Below, in pieces: positions 54,276 through 62,907 of a stretch of 64,000 nt of DNA. The notes below the pieces were generated by a model. That model made no database searches and was not told where the DNA came from. It was given only the letters and a program-made list of their open reading frames with translations. The stretch's first letter is position 1. Each line of letters starts with the position of its first letter. Origin of the DNA: an uncultured Planctomycetales bacterium (GTDB lineage Bacteria > Planctomycetota > Phycisphaerae > UBA1845 > JAFGLZ01); the NCBI GenBank assembly GCA_964390905.1, contig CAYMLO010000010.1:18186-82185 (forward strand). The letters run 5' to 3'. Both the position numbers and the translations under genes were made by a program.

Positions 54276-56183
54276 TCAGATGATCATCTCGACGACAACA
54301 TCCTCGCCGACACGAAGTCGGCCTTCGTCGATCTTGGCGGGGCAAAGCACTGCCGTGCCCGGTTCGAGCGCGTCGGTGGATTCGCCGGCCTTGATGTGCA
54401 GCGACCGCAACCCGCCCAACCACCAGCGCCGGTCGGCCAGGTACATCAGGTCGCCCGGCCCGGCCGACAACCGCGCCAGATCGGTCGGATGGATCAGGAC
54501 GACAGGGTCGGTGACGTCGTCGGATGCGGTCAGCTTCAGGCGAATCTTCTCGCCGGTCGTCCGCTTGGGCTCGCCGCCCTTGAACCGCCGCCGCCCGGCC
54601 GCCAGCGTCCAGATGGTCAGCCCGTCCACGGTCTCGGCCGCCGCGCGGAGCCGCCACGTCAGGAACGTCGCCAGCACACCGATGCCCATGCACGTGACCA
54701 TGCCGTAGCACGCCCGCATGTACTTGTACTTCTTGTAGAACGCGGCGGCTTCGTCCATCGGCACGCCGTGGGCGAACGGGGTGATGATCTCCGGCACGGC
54801 GAACGACAGGACCATCGCCCCCGTGCCCAACACCAGCGTCGCCAGGGCACTGACGCGGTTAAACCGCTTCCACGCGACGGCCAACAGGATGACGGTGATC
54901 ATCGGCGGCGTGATGGCGGCTGTGAAGGCGGCGTGCGCCGCGTACATCGAGTCGAACCCCAGGAACATCGGCACCAGCAGCACGCCCACCAGCGTCGCGC
55001 CGATCGAGAACACCCTCGCCGCCCGCAGGTAGTGCCGATCGTCCTTGCCCGTCCGGATGAACGGTCGATAAATGTCGTTGACCAGGACGGTGGCCACCGC
55101 GTTGATCAGCGTGTCGACCGTACTCATCAACGCCGCCACCAACGCCGCCAGCACCAGCCCGAACACGCCGGGCCTGCACAGCAGCTCGGCCACCATCACG
55201 AAGACCTGGTTGATCTTGGCCGGATCGTCCAGACCCGGCAGGGCCTCGGGCGACTTGCCGCGAATGGCCGATCCGACCCAGCCCGCGTTGCTCACCGCGA
55301 TGGCCGTCAGCGGCATCAACACCAGCACGATGATGATGGCGGCCTTGCGGCCCTCGCGCGGGCTCTTGGCCGACAGGAACCGCATCAGCACGCCCTGGTT
55401 CATGAAGTAGAACGCGATGCTGTTGGCCACGCCGTCCTGCCAGAACACGCCCACCGCGCTGAACTTCTCGGGCCGGTTGAACTCGGCCATCCCGAACGCG
55501 TGCTCGAACGGCAGGTGGATCCAGAACTCACCAAACCCCCCCAGGTAGCTCAAGCCCAACCCGAACAAGACGAACCCCGCGATCAGCAGGATGAACCCCT
55601 GCAGCAGGTCGGTCATGATCACGCTGGTCTGCCCGCCGGCGGCGACGTAGATCGCGCAGATCACGGCGATGACGACCACGATGGCCATCAGGTTGAGGTG
55701 CTCGACCGACTGCAACGCCTCGATGGGGAACAGCGGCTCGAGGGCCTTGCCCAGCGTGTAGAAGTTGAAGCCGATGTAGCCAATCATGTACAGCAGGATC
55801 AACACCGTGCCCGCCACTCGGGCGTCCCGGCCGAACCGCCGCTCGAAGTACTCCGGCACCGACGCGATCCGCATGAAGTAGATGATGGGCAACCAGCCGA
55901 ACAGGAACAGCGGCATGCTGAACCAGTCGTTCGTGTAGCTCATCGTGGACGACAGGCCGTAGCGATAGCCGGCCTCGGCGTACTTCATGAAGCTGTACGA
56001 GCCGACCAGGGTCGCCACGAAACTGACCGAGATCAGCCACCAACTGAACCGCTGACCGCTGAAGAAGAAGTCCCGCGTCGACCGCGTGTAGCGGGCGAAC
56101 GTCGCGCCGAAGCCCACCATGATGACCAGGTAGATCACCAACACGGCGTGATCGATGGGCTGTCCGTAGGCCTGGGCGAGCAT
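54276..56183 (-). CDS. Sodium:solute symporter (SSS) family transporter with ~130-aa soluble C-terminal extension
   Basis: ~13 TM segments with SSS-type N-terminal pattern (FFFSGQRFSWWLISVSFVATLVGSYSF). The C-terminal non-membrane region ends ...GRLRVGEDVVVEMII. Confidence 0.75.
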   Translation of the reverse strand: MLAQAYGQPIDHAVLVIYLVIMVGFGATFARYTRSTRDFFFSGQRFSWWLISVSFVATLVGSYSFMKYAEAGYRYGLSSTMSYTNDWFSMPLFLFGWLPIIYFMRIASVPEYFERRFGRDARVAGTVLILLYMIGYIGFNFYTLGKALEPLFPIEALQSVEHLNLMAIVVVIAVICAIYVAAGGQTSVIMTDLLQGFILLIAGFVLFGLGLSYLGGFGEFWIHLPFEHAFGMAEFNRPEKFSAVGVFWQDGVANSIAFYFMNQGVLMRFLSAKSPREGRKAAIIIVLVLMPLTAIAVSNAGWVGSAIRGKSPEALPGLDDPAKINQVFVMVAELLCRPGVFGLVLAALVAALMSTVDTLINAVATVLVNDIYRPFIRTGKDDRHYLRAARVFSIGATLVGVLLVPMFLGFDSMYAAHAAFTAAITPPMITVILLAVAWKRFNRVSALATLVLGTGAMVLSFAVPEIITPFAHGVPMDEAAAFYKKYKYMRACYGMVTCMGIGVLATFLTWRLRAAAETVDGLTIWTLAAGRRRFKGGEPKRTTGEKIRLKLTASDDVTDPVVLIHPTDLARLSAGPGDLMYLADRRWWLGGLRSLHIKAGESTDALEPGTAVLCPAKIDEGRLRVGEDVVVEMII

Positions 56184-56192
56184 GACTCCTCC

Positions 56193-56396
56193 TTACAGGA
56201 ACGGAAACACCAAGACGCTGAGCCCGTGCAGGCCGAGATACAGGAGGAACCCCCCGATCAGGAGCACCAGGTAGCGGCGGCCCTCGGACGTCTTGGTCGA
56301 CAGCTCGCCCGACCTCAGGACCAACAGCATCATCACCACAAAGATGATCCCGCCGACCACATACTGGTAGATGAAGGACACGGCGTTCATGGTCAT
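56193..56396 (-). CDS. Small 2-TM membrane protein upstream of the SSS transporter (putative small subunit)
   Basis: 67 aa MTMNAVSFIYQYVVGGIIFVVMMLLVL...LVLLIGGFLLYLGLHGLSVLVF. Lies 10 nt upstream of the symporter start. Only this part of track ORF 56193..56741 is credible. Confidence 0.5.
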   Translation of the reverse strand: MTMNAVSFIYQYVVGGIIFVVMMLLVLRSGELSTKTSEGRRYLVLLIGGFLLYLGLHGLSVLVFPFL

Positions 56397-56463
56397 GGGA
56401 TTGGCTCCCGCTGATGGGTTCGACCGGCCGGCATGTGGTTCTAGCCGAAACGCCCGACGGTTT

Positions 56464-56663
56464 CCAGGGCCCGGGCGGGCCAGCGTTGTGGGTGCCCCAT
56501 CCTTGGCCTGCGACGGCGTCAGCCGCTCGCGGGCCAAGGGTGGGGGACGGACCAGCCGAGACAGGCGTACGTTCCGAGCGTTCGTCCCCCACCCTTTGGC
56601 CCGGCTCGCGTTCCGCGAGCCACGCCAAAGGATGGGGCACCCCCAGGGCCCGGGCGGTCCAGG
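56464..56663. repeat. ~200-bp nested inverted-repeat structure in a divergent intergenic region
   Basis: Outer pair gggtgccccatccttggc / gccaaaggatggggcaccc. Inner pair ggccaagggtgggggacg / cgtcccccaccctttggcc. Hairpin ggctcgcg-ttc-cgcgagcc. Direct copies of ccagggcccgggcgg at both ends. Confidence 0.8.
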
Positions 56664-56785
56664 ATTTTGCCGGGACGGGCTGGGCTGCATCGAATACAAT
56701 GCGCCGCCGCATTCGGCAGTTGTTCTTGCGACGAGGTCCATGTTCGCCGGGCCCGCGACGACCCGGCCAATGAGGAGATTTCCCC

Positions 56786-57865
56786 ATGCCCGAGACCATG
56801 CAAGCCCAGGTGTTCTACGAGCCCGAAGACATGCGCCTGGAGCAAGTGCCCGTGCCCAAACCCGCCGATGACCAGGTCCTCTTCGCCGTCAAGGCGTGCA
56901 GCATCTGCGGGTCTGACGTCGCCTACTATTACGGCGACAGCTCGCTGGAGACCGAGACCGGCAAGGGCCCGCTGATCTTGGGTCACGAGTTCGCCGGCGA
57001 GGTCGTCGAGGTCGGCAAGATCCCCGCCGCCCTGGGCCTGTTCAAGCCCGGCGACCGCGTCGTCGCCGACCCGGTTCAGTACTGCAACGCGTGCGCGTCG
57101 TGCAAGAAAGGCCAGGTCAACCTCTGTGAGTTCAAGGACGTGCTGGGCGTCAGCGCGAACGGCGGGTTCGCCGAGTACTGCGTCAGCCACTACACCGGCC
57201 TGCACAAGGTGCCCGAGGGCGTGAGCTGGGAACACGCCGCCCTGACCGAGCCGCTCGCAGATGCCCTCTACGCCGTCAACAACATGGAGATCGAGATCGG
57301 CGATTTCGCCGTCGTGATCGGCCCGGGTGCGATCGGGCTAATGATGCTGCAGCTCGCCAAGGCCGCCGGCGCGGGCACGGTCGTTTTGGTCGGCACGCGC
57401 GACTACCGCCTCGAGATCGGCAAACAGGCCGGCGCCGACGTCGTCATCAACACCAAGGACAGCAAGTCGCCCTACTACGCCGCCGACCTGAAGGCCAAGA
57501 TCGACGAGCTGACCGGCGGCATGTTCGCCGACGCCGTCGTCACGCCCACCGGTGCGATCGAGGCGATGGAGCAGGCGCTGGCCATCAGCGGCCGGCGATC
57601 GCGCATCGTCCTGTTCGGCCTGCCCGCCGACGACGCGATCGTCCGCGTCCCCGCGCTCGAGTCGATCCTGTGGGACAAGACGATCCGCTTCAGCTGGCTG
57701 GCCCCCCTGACCTGGCCCGCCGCGGTCCAGGCGATGTCGACGGGCCTGGTCGACCTGAGCATGATCTGCACGCACACGATGAAGCTCGACGACCTCGTCC
57801 AAGGCCTCGCCGACGTCAAAGACCGCAAGGGCAACCCCATCAAGGCGGTGGTGAAGATGGATTGA
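56786..57865 (+). CDS. Zinc-dependent medium-chain alcohol/polyol dehydrogenase (MDR family)
   Basis: CSICGSD...GHEFAGEV catalytic-Zn motif, structural-Zn Cys cluster CNACASCKKGQVNLC, VIGPGAIGL Rossmann motif. Confidence 0.85.
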   Translation: MPETMQAQVFYEPEDMRLEQVPVPKPADDQVLFAVKACSICGSDVAYYYGDSSLETETGKGPLILGHEFAGEVVEVGKIPAALGLFKPGDRVVADPVQYCNACASCKKGQVNLCEFKDVLGVSANGGFAEYCVSHYTGLHKVPEGVSWEHAALTEPLADALYAVNNMEIEIGDFAVVIGPGAIGLMMLQLAKAAGAGTVVLVGTRDYRLEIGKQAGADVVINTKDSKSPYYAADLKAKIDELTGGMFADAVVTPTGAIEAMEQALAISGRRSRIVLFGLPADDAIVRVPALESILWDKTIRFSWLAPLTWPAAVQAMSTGLVDLSMICTHTMKLDDLVQGLADVKDRKGNPIKAVVKMD

Positions 57866-58009
57866 ACTCGCCCCGCCCGCACAGAGGGACCTGCACATGT
57901 CGATGGGAATCTGCAGCCGACGTCCGCCGGACATCCAGGTCACCTGGAGCAAATCGCCCCCCCGGCTGTCACCGTTCTCCATGCGCAGGCCCGAACGCCC
58001 CTGGCGTCT

Positions 58010-59851
58010 GTGTGGGAGCTTGCATCTCGATCGATCCGTACAGAAGGAGCGAGGCCGGTGAGAACTCTATTGGACTTCCCAAAGGCTTTCCAACCTCTTG
58101 TAGTCGTAACCGGCGACCGACGGGAGGTGCCTCCTCAGTCGATCGGCGATATCCTCGCCTACTGTGTTAGTAGCATAGACTTCATGTTCATGAATCACCT
58201 CCGCCTGGGGGACTGTCCTGTTCTGTCCGACAAGCAATTCGTTGTCGACTCGGCAGAGGACCTCAGCCGGCGTTTCGGCCGAAGCAACATCCTCGTGATT
58301 GGTTCGCCCGCAGTCAACCTGCTCGCCCGCAAGATCAATGAGGGATCTCTTTTCGGATTCTCGATCAGCAGGCAAACGAAGGACGAGTTAGCGGAACAGT
58401 ACCGGTTCGTTAGAAAGCATGGCTTGGACGAAGAGGGATCCCCCGATGAGGACGCTCTCCACATCTACCATCAGTGCCTCGAGGGCATCGTGGACGTTGA
58501 TAGTATCCTTGCCCGGTTCTCTGGGCGTGCGCCAAACATCGGTGATCTTCGCGAGAAAGCAGAGACGATTGTCAATGCGTTTAAGAAGACCCGAATCTGG
58601 TCGGAGTCCAGGGCCTCCTCTACGATCAGGCCGATACGCCATCTCATGCACAAGCTCGACAAGCCCGGGATACGCGACTCCCTGAGCAAGACCATCAGAG
58701 GCGAATCCAGCGGGCTCGACAAAGACTATGGCCTCATTTCACTTGGGCCGAATCCCTTCAGTGAAAAGCCCGGTTACTCGACGGTATATGTCGCGGGAGT
58801 GCACGGACCGGGGACTGCGCTCGGGCTGAGGCTTCTGATGGACAAGAGGTCCTTGAAAGGACACCCGTATGGTGGGGTATATGAGGTCTTCCTGAGCCGG
58901 TTTGCGGCGTACTTCGAACGCACAGAGAAAGCACGTCCGCGATGGGAGACCCCGGAATACGAACCCGATGCGGTGCCGCTCGACAAGATCGACATCACAA
59001 GGAATCTGAAGGTGTTTCTCTCCAGCCCTGCTCCGAAGGCCGACCAAGTTCAGAAGGACTTCGACAGGAGGCTGCGCGAGGGACTTGAGGGTGTCTGTAG
59101 GGAGGAGCGAGTCGGTCTGACCATCGAAGATCCCTATACCTTGGCATTGGGTGTGAAGCACAGCTTCTGGAACGTCATCCTGGAGTACGAACGTGACTGC
59201 GACTTCGTCCTACATGACATGACGGGATGCGCTAAGGGGGTAATGGTCGAGGTGGGGTTCTCCGTCGGCACTCGTAGGCCATACTTCTTGATATGGAATG
59301 CAGAGAAGTGCCCGGTAACGGACTGGCGTGAGATGCGCGTGCCAAGTCTCCTGGAAGAAGCTAATATCGAACAGGTCAACATCAGCGACGAGGCGGGCAC
59401 CACAGATACTCTGCGCAAGAAGATACTCAAGCCGGCACTGGAGAGGTCTGTAGACTGCGATTCGTGTGAAGGGCTGACGAAGGAGACCGGCAAGAGGGCT
59501 GCGTTCGTCTACGCGCGCCGACGTGAATTGACGAGGCAACTGGACAGGCTACTGAAGGATGAGCATATCGAGAGAATCGCCGAGGAGGAGTCTGAACACC
59601 GATCCAGGAAGTGCCGGATCTGTCAGGTGCTTGGCGTCGCTGACTACGCCTTCATAGAGCTCTCGGATGACGATCCCGACAGCTTCATTATGCTTGGAAT
59701 GGCCAAAGCGATGGGCAGGAAGACGCTCGCGCTGACAATGAAACGGTACAATAAGGACCAATTCGCCTGGGCGGAGGATACAGTGCAGTATCAACTGGAC
59801 AATCTGCAGGGAGCGCTCTCTGATAGCGTACCCCGGTTCGTCGCCTTCTAG
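58010..59851 (+). CDS. Orphan large protein in a lower-GC segment; C-terminal half resembles two tandem nucleoside-2-deoxyribosyltransferase/TIR-like modules (hypothesis)
   Basis: Uninterrupted 613-codon ORF. The probable start is GTG 58058 (GGAG 8 nt upstream). Uses codons that look rare in the flanking genes (AGA, AGG, TTA, ATA, GTA). Module-like motifs: KVFLSSPAP...GVMVEVGFSVGTRRPYFLIW and AAFVYARR...SFIMLGMAKAMGRKTLALT. No family recognised with confidence. Confidence 0.55.
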   Translation: MWELASRSIRTEGARPVRTLLDFPKAFQPLVVVTGDRREVPPQSIGDILAYCVSSIDFMFMNHLRLGDCPVLSDKQFVVDSAEDLSRRFGRSNILVIGSPAVNLLARKINEGSLFGFSISRQTKDELAEQYRFVRKHGLDEEGSPDEDALHIYHQCLEGIVDVDSILARFSGRAPNIGDLREKAETIVNAFKKTRIWSESRASSTIRPIRHLMHKLDKPGIRDSLSKTIRGESSGLDKDYGLISLGPNPFSEKPGYSTVYVAGVHGPGTALGLRLLMDKRSLKGHPYGGVYEVFLSRFAAYFERTEKARPRWETPEYEPDAVPLDKIDITRNLKVFLSSPAPKADQVQKDFDRRLREGLEGVCREERVGLTIEDPYTLALGVKHSFWNVILEYERDCDFVLHDMTGCAKGVMVEVGFSVGTRRPYFLIWNAEKCPVTDWREMRVPSLLEEANIEQVNISDEAGTTDTLRKKILKPALERSVDCDSCEGLTKETGKRAAFVYARRRELTRQLDRLLKDEHIERIAEEESEHRSRKCRICQVLGVADYAFIELSDDDPDSFIMLGMAKAMGRKTLALTMKRYNKDQFAWAEDTVQYQLDNLQGALSDSVPRFVAF

Positions 59852-59895
59852 CGAGATGGTGCGTCGAGACGGACGTTACTACTGCTGCTACAGAC

Positions 59896-60636
59896 GTGGC
59901 GCATCTTCATGTCGAGACGGACAGATCCACCATGGCGCTATCTGACGATCTGACAGCGCTTCTGAAATCAGCTGGGGCGGATCTGGTCGGGTACGCCGAC
60001 TTGCGCGATGTTCCGGCCGAGGTGCGGCATTCCTTGCCGTATGGCGTGTCCATCGCCGTCGCGCTGGATCGGGACGTGCTTTCCCAGATCGTCGACGGGC
60101 CGACGCGCGAGTACTACGGCGAGTACCAACGGGTCAATCGCCTGCTGGATGAGTTGGGGCGCCGGGCCGCCGAGCGGATCGCGGACCGCGGGTACAAGGC
60201 CCGCTCATTCGCGGCGACCAATGAAGGCATCGACTGGGATGCCCTCGCCACGCCGCTGCCGCACAAGACGGTGGCGACGCGTGCCGGGCTGGGGTGGATC
60301 GGAAAATGCGCCCTTCTGGTCACCAAGCCCTTCGGGTCAGCGGTTCGGCTCACGACGGTGCTGACGGATGCGGACCTCCCGACCGCGTCGGCGATCAACG
60401 AATCGCAATGCGGCGATTGCACGGCATGCGTTGACGCCTGCCCCGCCCGCGCCGTCAGCGGCACCGAGTGGGCGGTGGGCGTGCCTCGAGCGAGCTTCTT
60501 CGACGCCTATGCCTGCTGCAAGACCGCAGGAGCGCTGGCCGCGGAGAGGACCGGTTTCACGGAGATCATCTGCGGCGTGTGCATCGCCGCGTGTCCGTGG
60601 ACGAAACGGTACATCCGTCGCGATCAGCAGAGCTAG
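59896..60636 (+). CDS. QueG-like 4Fe-4S protein (epoxyqueuosine-reductase-related, short form)
   Basis: ATRAGLGWIGKCALLVT and the ferredoxin-type clusters CGDCTACVDACP and CGVCIAACP. The start is more likely ATG 59932 (MALSDDL...). Confidence 0.6.
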   Translation: MAHLHVETDRSTMALSDDLTALLKSAGADLVGYADLRDVPAEVRHSLPYGVSIAVALDRDVLSQIVDGPTREYYGEYQRVNRLLDELGRRAAERIADRGYKARSFAATNEGIDWDALATPLPHKTVATRAGLGWIGKCALLVTKPFGSAVRLTTVLTDADLPTASAINESQCGDCTACVDACPARAVSGTEWAVGVPRASFFDAYACCKTAGALAAERTGFTEIICGVCIAACPWTKRYIRRDQQS

Positions 60637-60745
60637 GTGCGGCCGGTTTGTTCGTCTATGATGGTACCTACGGAAACGGTGGGTAGAACCTGCCCGATAC
60701 GGTACGAACCCGGGACTACGCATAGCGGAAGGAGCGAAGCGCACG

Positions 60746-62050
60746 ATGTCACAACGGATAACCCGGCGCGGGATGTTGCAGAAGACGGCCATCGGAGGGA
60801 TGGGGATTTGCCTGGCGGGCGGACGCAAGCTCGTCCGGGCGGCGTCGGCGAACGAGAAGATCGATGTGGCCTTCGTCGGGATCGGCGGGCAGGGCAACTC
60901 GAACCTCAACGACATCAGCAAGCACGAAGACCTGGCCAACGTCGTGGCCCTGTGCGACGTGGACGAGGTCCGGGTGGGCAAGAACTTCGAGCGGTTCGCC
61001 AAGGCCAAGAAGTACCACGACTTCCGCCGCATGCTCGACGAGATGGACAAGCAGATCGACGCGGTCGTCGTCAGCACGCCCGACCACACGCACTACCACC
61101 CGGCCATGACGGCCATGCGGATGGGCAAACACCTCTACTGCGAGAAACCCTTGGGCCACGCGGTCGCCGAGGCCCGGGCGATGACCGAGATCGCCGCCAA
61201 AAAGAAGCTCGCCACGCAACTGGGCATCCAGCGACACGTGAAGGAGAACATGCGGCGCGTCGTCGAGCTGGTGCAATCTGGGGCCATCGGCGAGGTCCGC
61301 GAGGTCTTCGCCCGAAAGGGGGGCGATCGCGGCATGCCGGACATGCCGACCGAATTCCCGCCGATCCCGCCGACGCTGAAGTGGGACCTGTGGCTGGGTC
61401 CGGCCCGAAAGCGTCGCTACAGCCCGGCGTACGTGCCGTACAAGTGGCGGTTCTGGTGGGATTTCGGCACGGGCGAGACGGGCAACTGGGCCTGTCACAT
61501 TCTGGACATCCCGTTCTGGGCGCTCGGTCTGAAGCACCCGACGAAGGTGTCGGGCTCCGGACCGCCCGTCGACAAGGAGCGGACGCCCAAGTCGATGACG
61601 ATGCGGTTCGAGTTTCCCGCGCGGGGCAAGCAGCCGCCCGTCACGCTACACTGGATCCACGCGAAGACGACGCCGCCCGCCTTCCGCGAGCGGAACCTGC
61701 CCACGTTCGGCTCCGTGCTGTTTGTCGGCAGCAAAGGGATGCTCGGGTGCAGCTTCGACAAGCGGAAGCTCTTCCCGGAGGACAAGTTCGCCGACTTCGA
61801 ACCGCCGCCCCAGACGATCCCCAAGCCGGTCTCGTTCCGCCGGGAATGGCTGCTGGCGATCAGATCGGGCAAGCCGACGAGTGGTGGCTTCGACTACGCC
61901 GGCCCCATGGCCGAGACCGCGCTGCTCGGCAACCTGGCCTACCGCATCGGCCAGGAGTTCGAATGGGACGCCAAGACGATGACGGCAAAGGGCTGCCCCG
62001 CGGCCGAGCCGCACATCCGACCGACGTATCGGAAGGGCTGGGAGATCTGA
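60746..62050 (+). CDS. Gfo/Idh/MocA-family oxidoreductase with TAT signal
   Basis: TRRGMLQKTAIGGMGICLAGG signal; IDVAFVGIGGQGNSN Rossmann start; EKPLGH motif. Paralogous in type to 40426..41814. Confidence 0.8.
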   Translation: MSQRITRRGMLQKTAIGGMGICLAGGRKLVRAASANEKIDVAFVGIGGQGNSNLNDISKHEDLANVVALCDVDEVRVGKNFERFAKAKKYHDFRRMLDEMDKQIDAVVVSTPDHTHYHPAMTAMRMGKHLYCEKPLGHAVAEARAMTEIAAKKKLATQLGIQRHVKENMRRVVELVQSGAIGEVREVFARKGGDRGMPDMPTEFPPIPPTLKWDLWLGPARKRRYSPAYVPYKWRFWWDFGTGETGNWACHILDIPFWALGLKHPTKVSGSGPPVDKERTPKSMTMRFEFPARGKQPPVTLHWIHAKTTPPAFRERNLPTFGSVLFVGSKGMLGCSFDKRKLFPEDKFADFEPPPQTIPKPVSFRREWLLAIRSGKPTSGGFDYAGPMAETALLGNLAYRIGQEFEWDAKTMTAKGCPAAEPHIRPTYRKGWEI

Positions 62051-62095
62051 AGCGAGGCGCGGCGTTGTGGGCAAGCGGCAGACCTGTAGGGCGGG

Positions 62096-62150
62096 TTCCA
62101 CCCGCCGTCGCAAACTGTTCCCATCAGAAGGCGGGTGAAACCCGCCCTAC
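62096..62150. repeat. 55-bp double-hairpin palindromic element related in architecture to the 54-bp repeats
   Basis: gtagggcgggttccacccgcc-gtcgcaaactgttcccatcagaa-ggcgggtgaaacccgccctac. Shares the GTAGGG...CCCTAC ends with the 7866/8517 copies. Confidence 0.8.
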
Positions 62151-62168
62151 CCTAGCAGGAGACATGCA

Positions 62169-62843
62169 ATGCCACACAGCACACGCAGGACGTTTCTGGG
62201 ACAGGCGGGGCTGGGCCTGGCGGGCGCCATGGCGATGGGGGCGACCGCACGATCGGCCCAGGCGGCGTCGAAGGGCGGCAAGGGCAAGGTCTTGCTGGTG
62301 ATCGGCGACGCGTCTGAGACGATCGACACGCTGTACCCCTTCTTCCGCATCCCCGAGGACGGCTTCGAGATCGTGGTGGCCGGGCCGGACAAGCGGCTCT
62401 ACCCGCTGGTCAACCACGAGGTCCCACCCGGTTGGGACATCACGCAGGAGACGCCGAGCTACCACCTGCCGTCGGACATCGCCTTCCGCGACGTCAAGCC
62501 GGAGCAGTACGTCGGCCTGTTCCTGTCCGGCGGGCGGGCGCCGGAGTACATCCGCTACGACAAGGACCTGTTGCGGATCGTCAAGCACTTCTTCGGAAAG
62601 CGCAAGCTCGTGGGCGTGGTCTGCCACGGCGCGGAGATCCCCGCAAAGGCCGACGTGATCCGCGGCAAGCGGATGGCCACCGTGCCCAAGTGCCGGTTCG
62701 ACATCGAGCTGTGCGGCGCGACGTTCGTGAACGAACCGGTCGTCGTGGCCGACAACATGGTCAGCGCCCGCACGTGGCATGACTACGCCGAGTTCTTCCC
62801 AGTCTTCATGCGGATGCTCAACAAGGCCAGCGGAGGGCGGTAG
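62169..62843 (+). CDS. DJ-1/PfpI-family protein with TAT signal
   Basis: RRTFLGQAGLGLAGAMAMGATARSAQA signal; nucleophile-elbow-type VCHGAEI. Confidence 0.7.
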   Translation: MPHSTRRTFLGQAGLGLAGAMAMGATARSAQAASKGGKGKVLLVIGDASETIDTLYPFFRIPEDGFEIVVAGPDKRLYPLVNHEVPPGWDITQETPSYHLPSDIAFRDVKPEQYVGLFLSGGRAPEYIRYDKDLLRIVKHFFGKRKLVGVVCHGAEIPAKADVIRGKRMATVPKCRFDIELCGATFVNEPVVVADNMVSARTWHDYAEFFPVFMRMLNKASGGR

Positions 62844-62907
62844 ACCAGTAGCGTGCGTCTTGACGCATGTCGATGGGACAAGTGCTATGGGAACTCGATC
62901 CCCGGGG

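Noticed and set aside
57866-58057. Mobile-element hallmarks (integrase, transposase, tRNA target, terminal inverted or direct repeats) at the edges of the low-GC gene.
   Set aside because: None found by eye. Only short motifs (catgtcgatggga at 57897, which recurs at 62866) appear, and these seem to belong to generic intergenic repeats.
59905-59919. 15-nt exact match cttcatgtcgagacg shared between 28525-28539 (inside the methyltransferase gene) and 59905-59919 (right flank of the low-GC gene). Considered as possible island boundary/att sequences.
   Set aside because: A single 15-mer match is within chance expectation for all pairwise positions in 64 kb of biased-composition DNA. One copy is within a conserved coding region, and no matching copy exists at the left boundary of the island.
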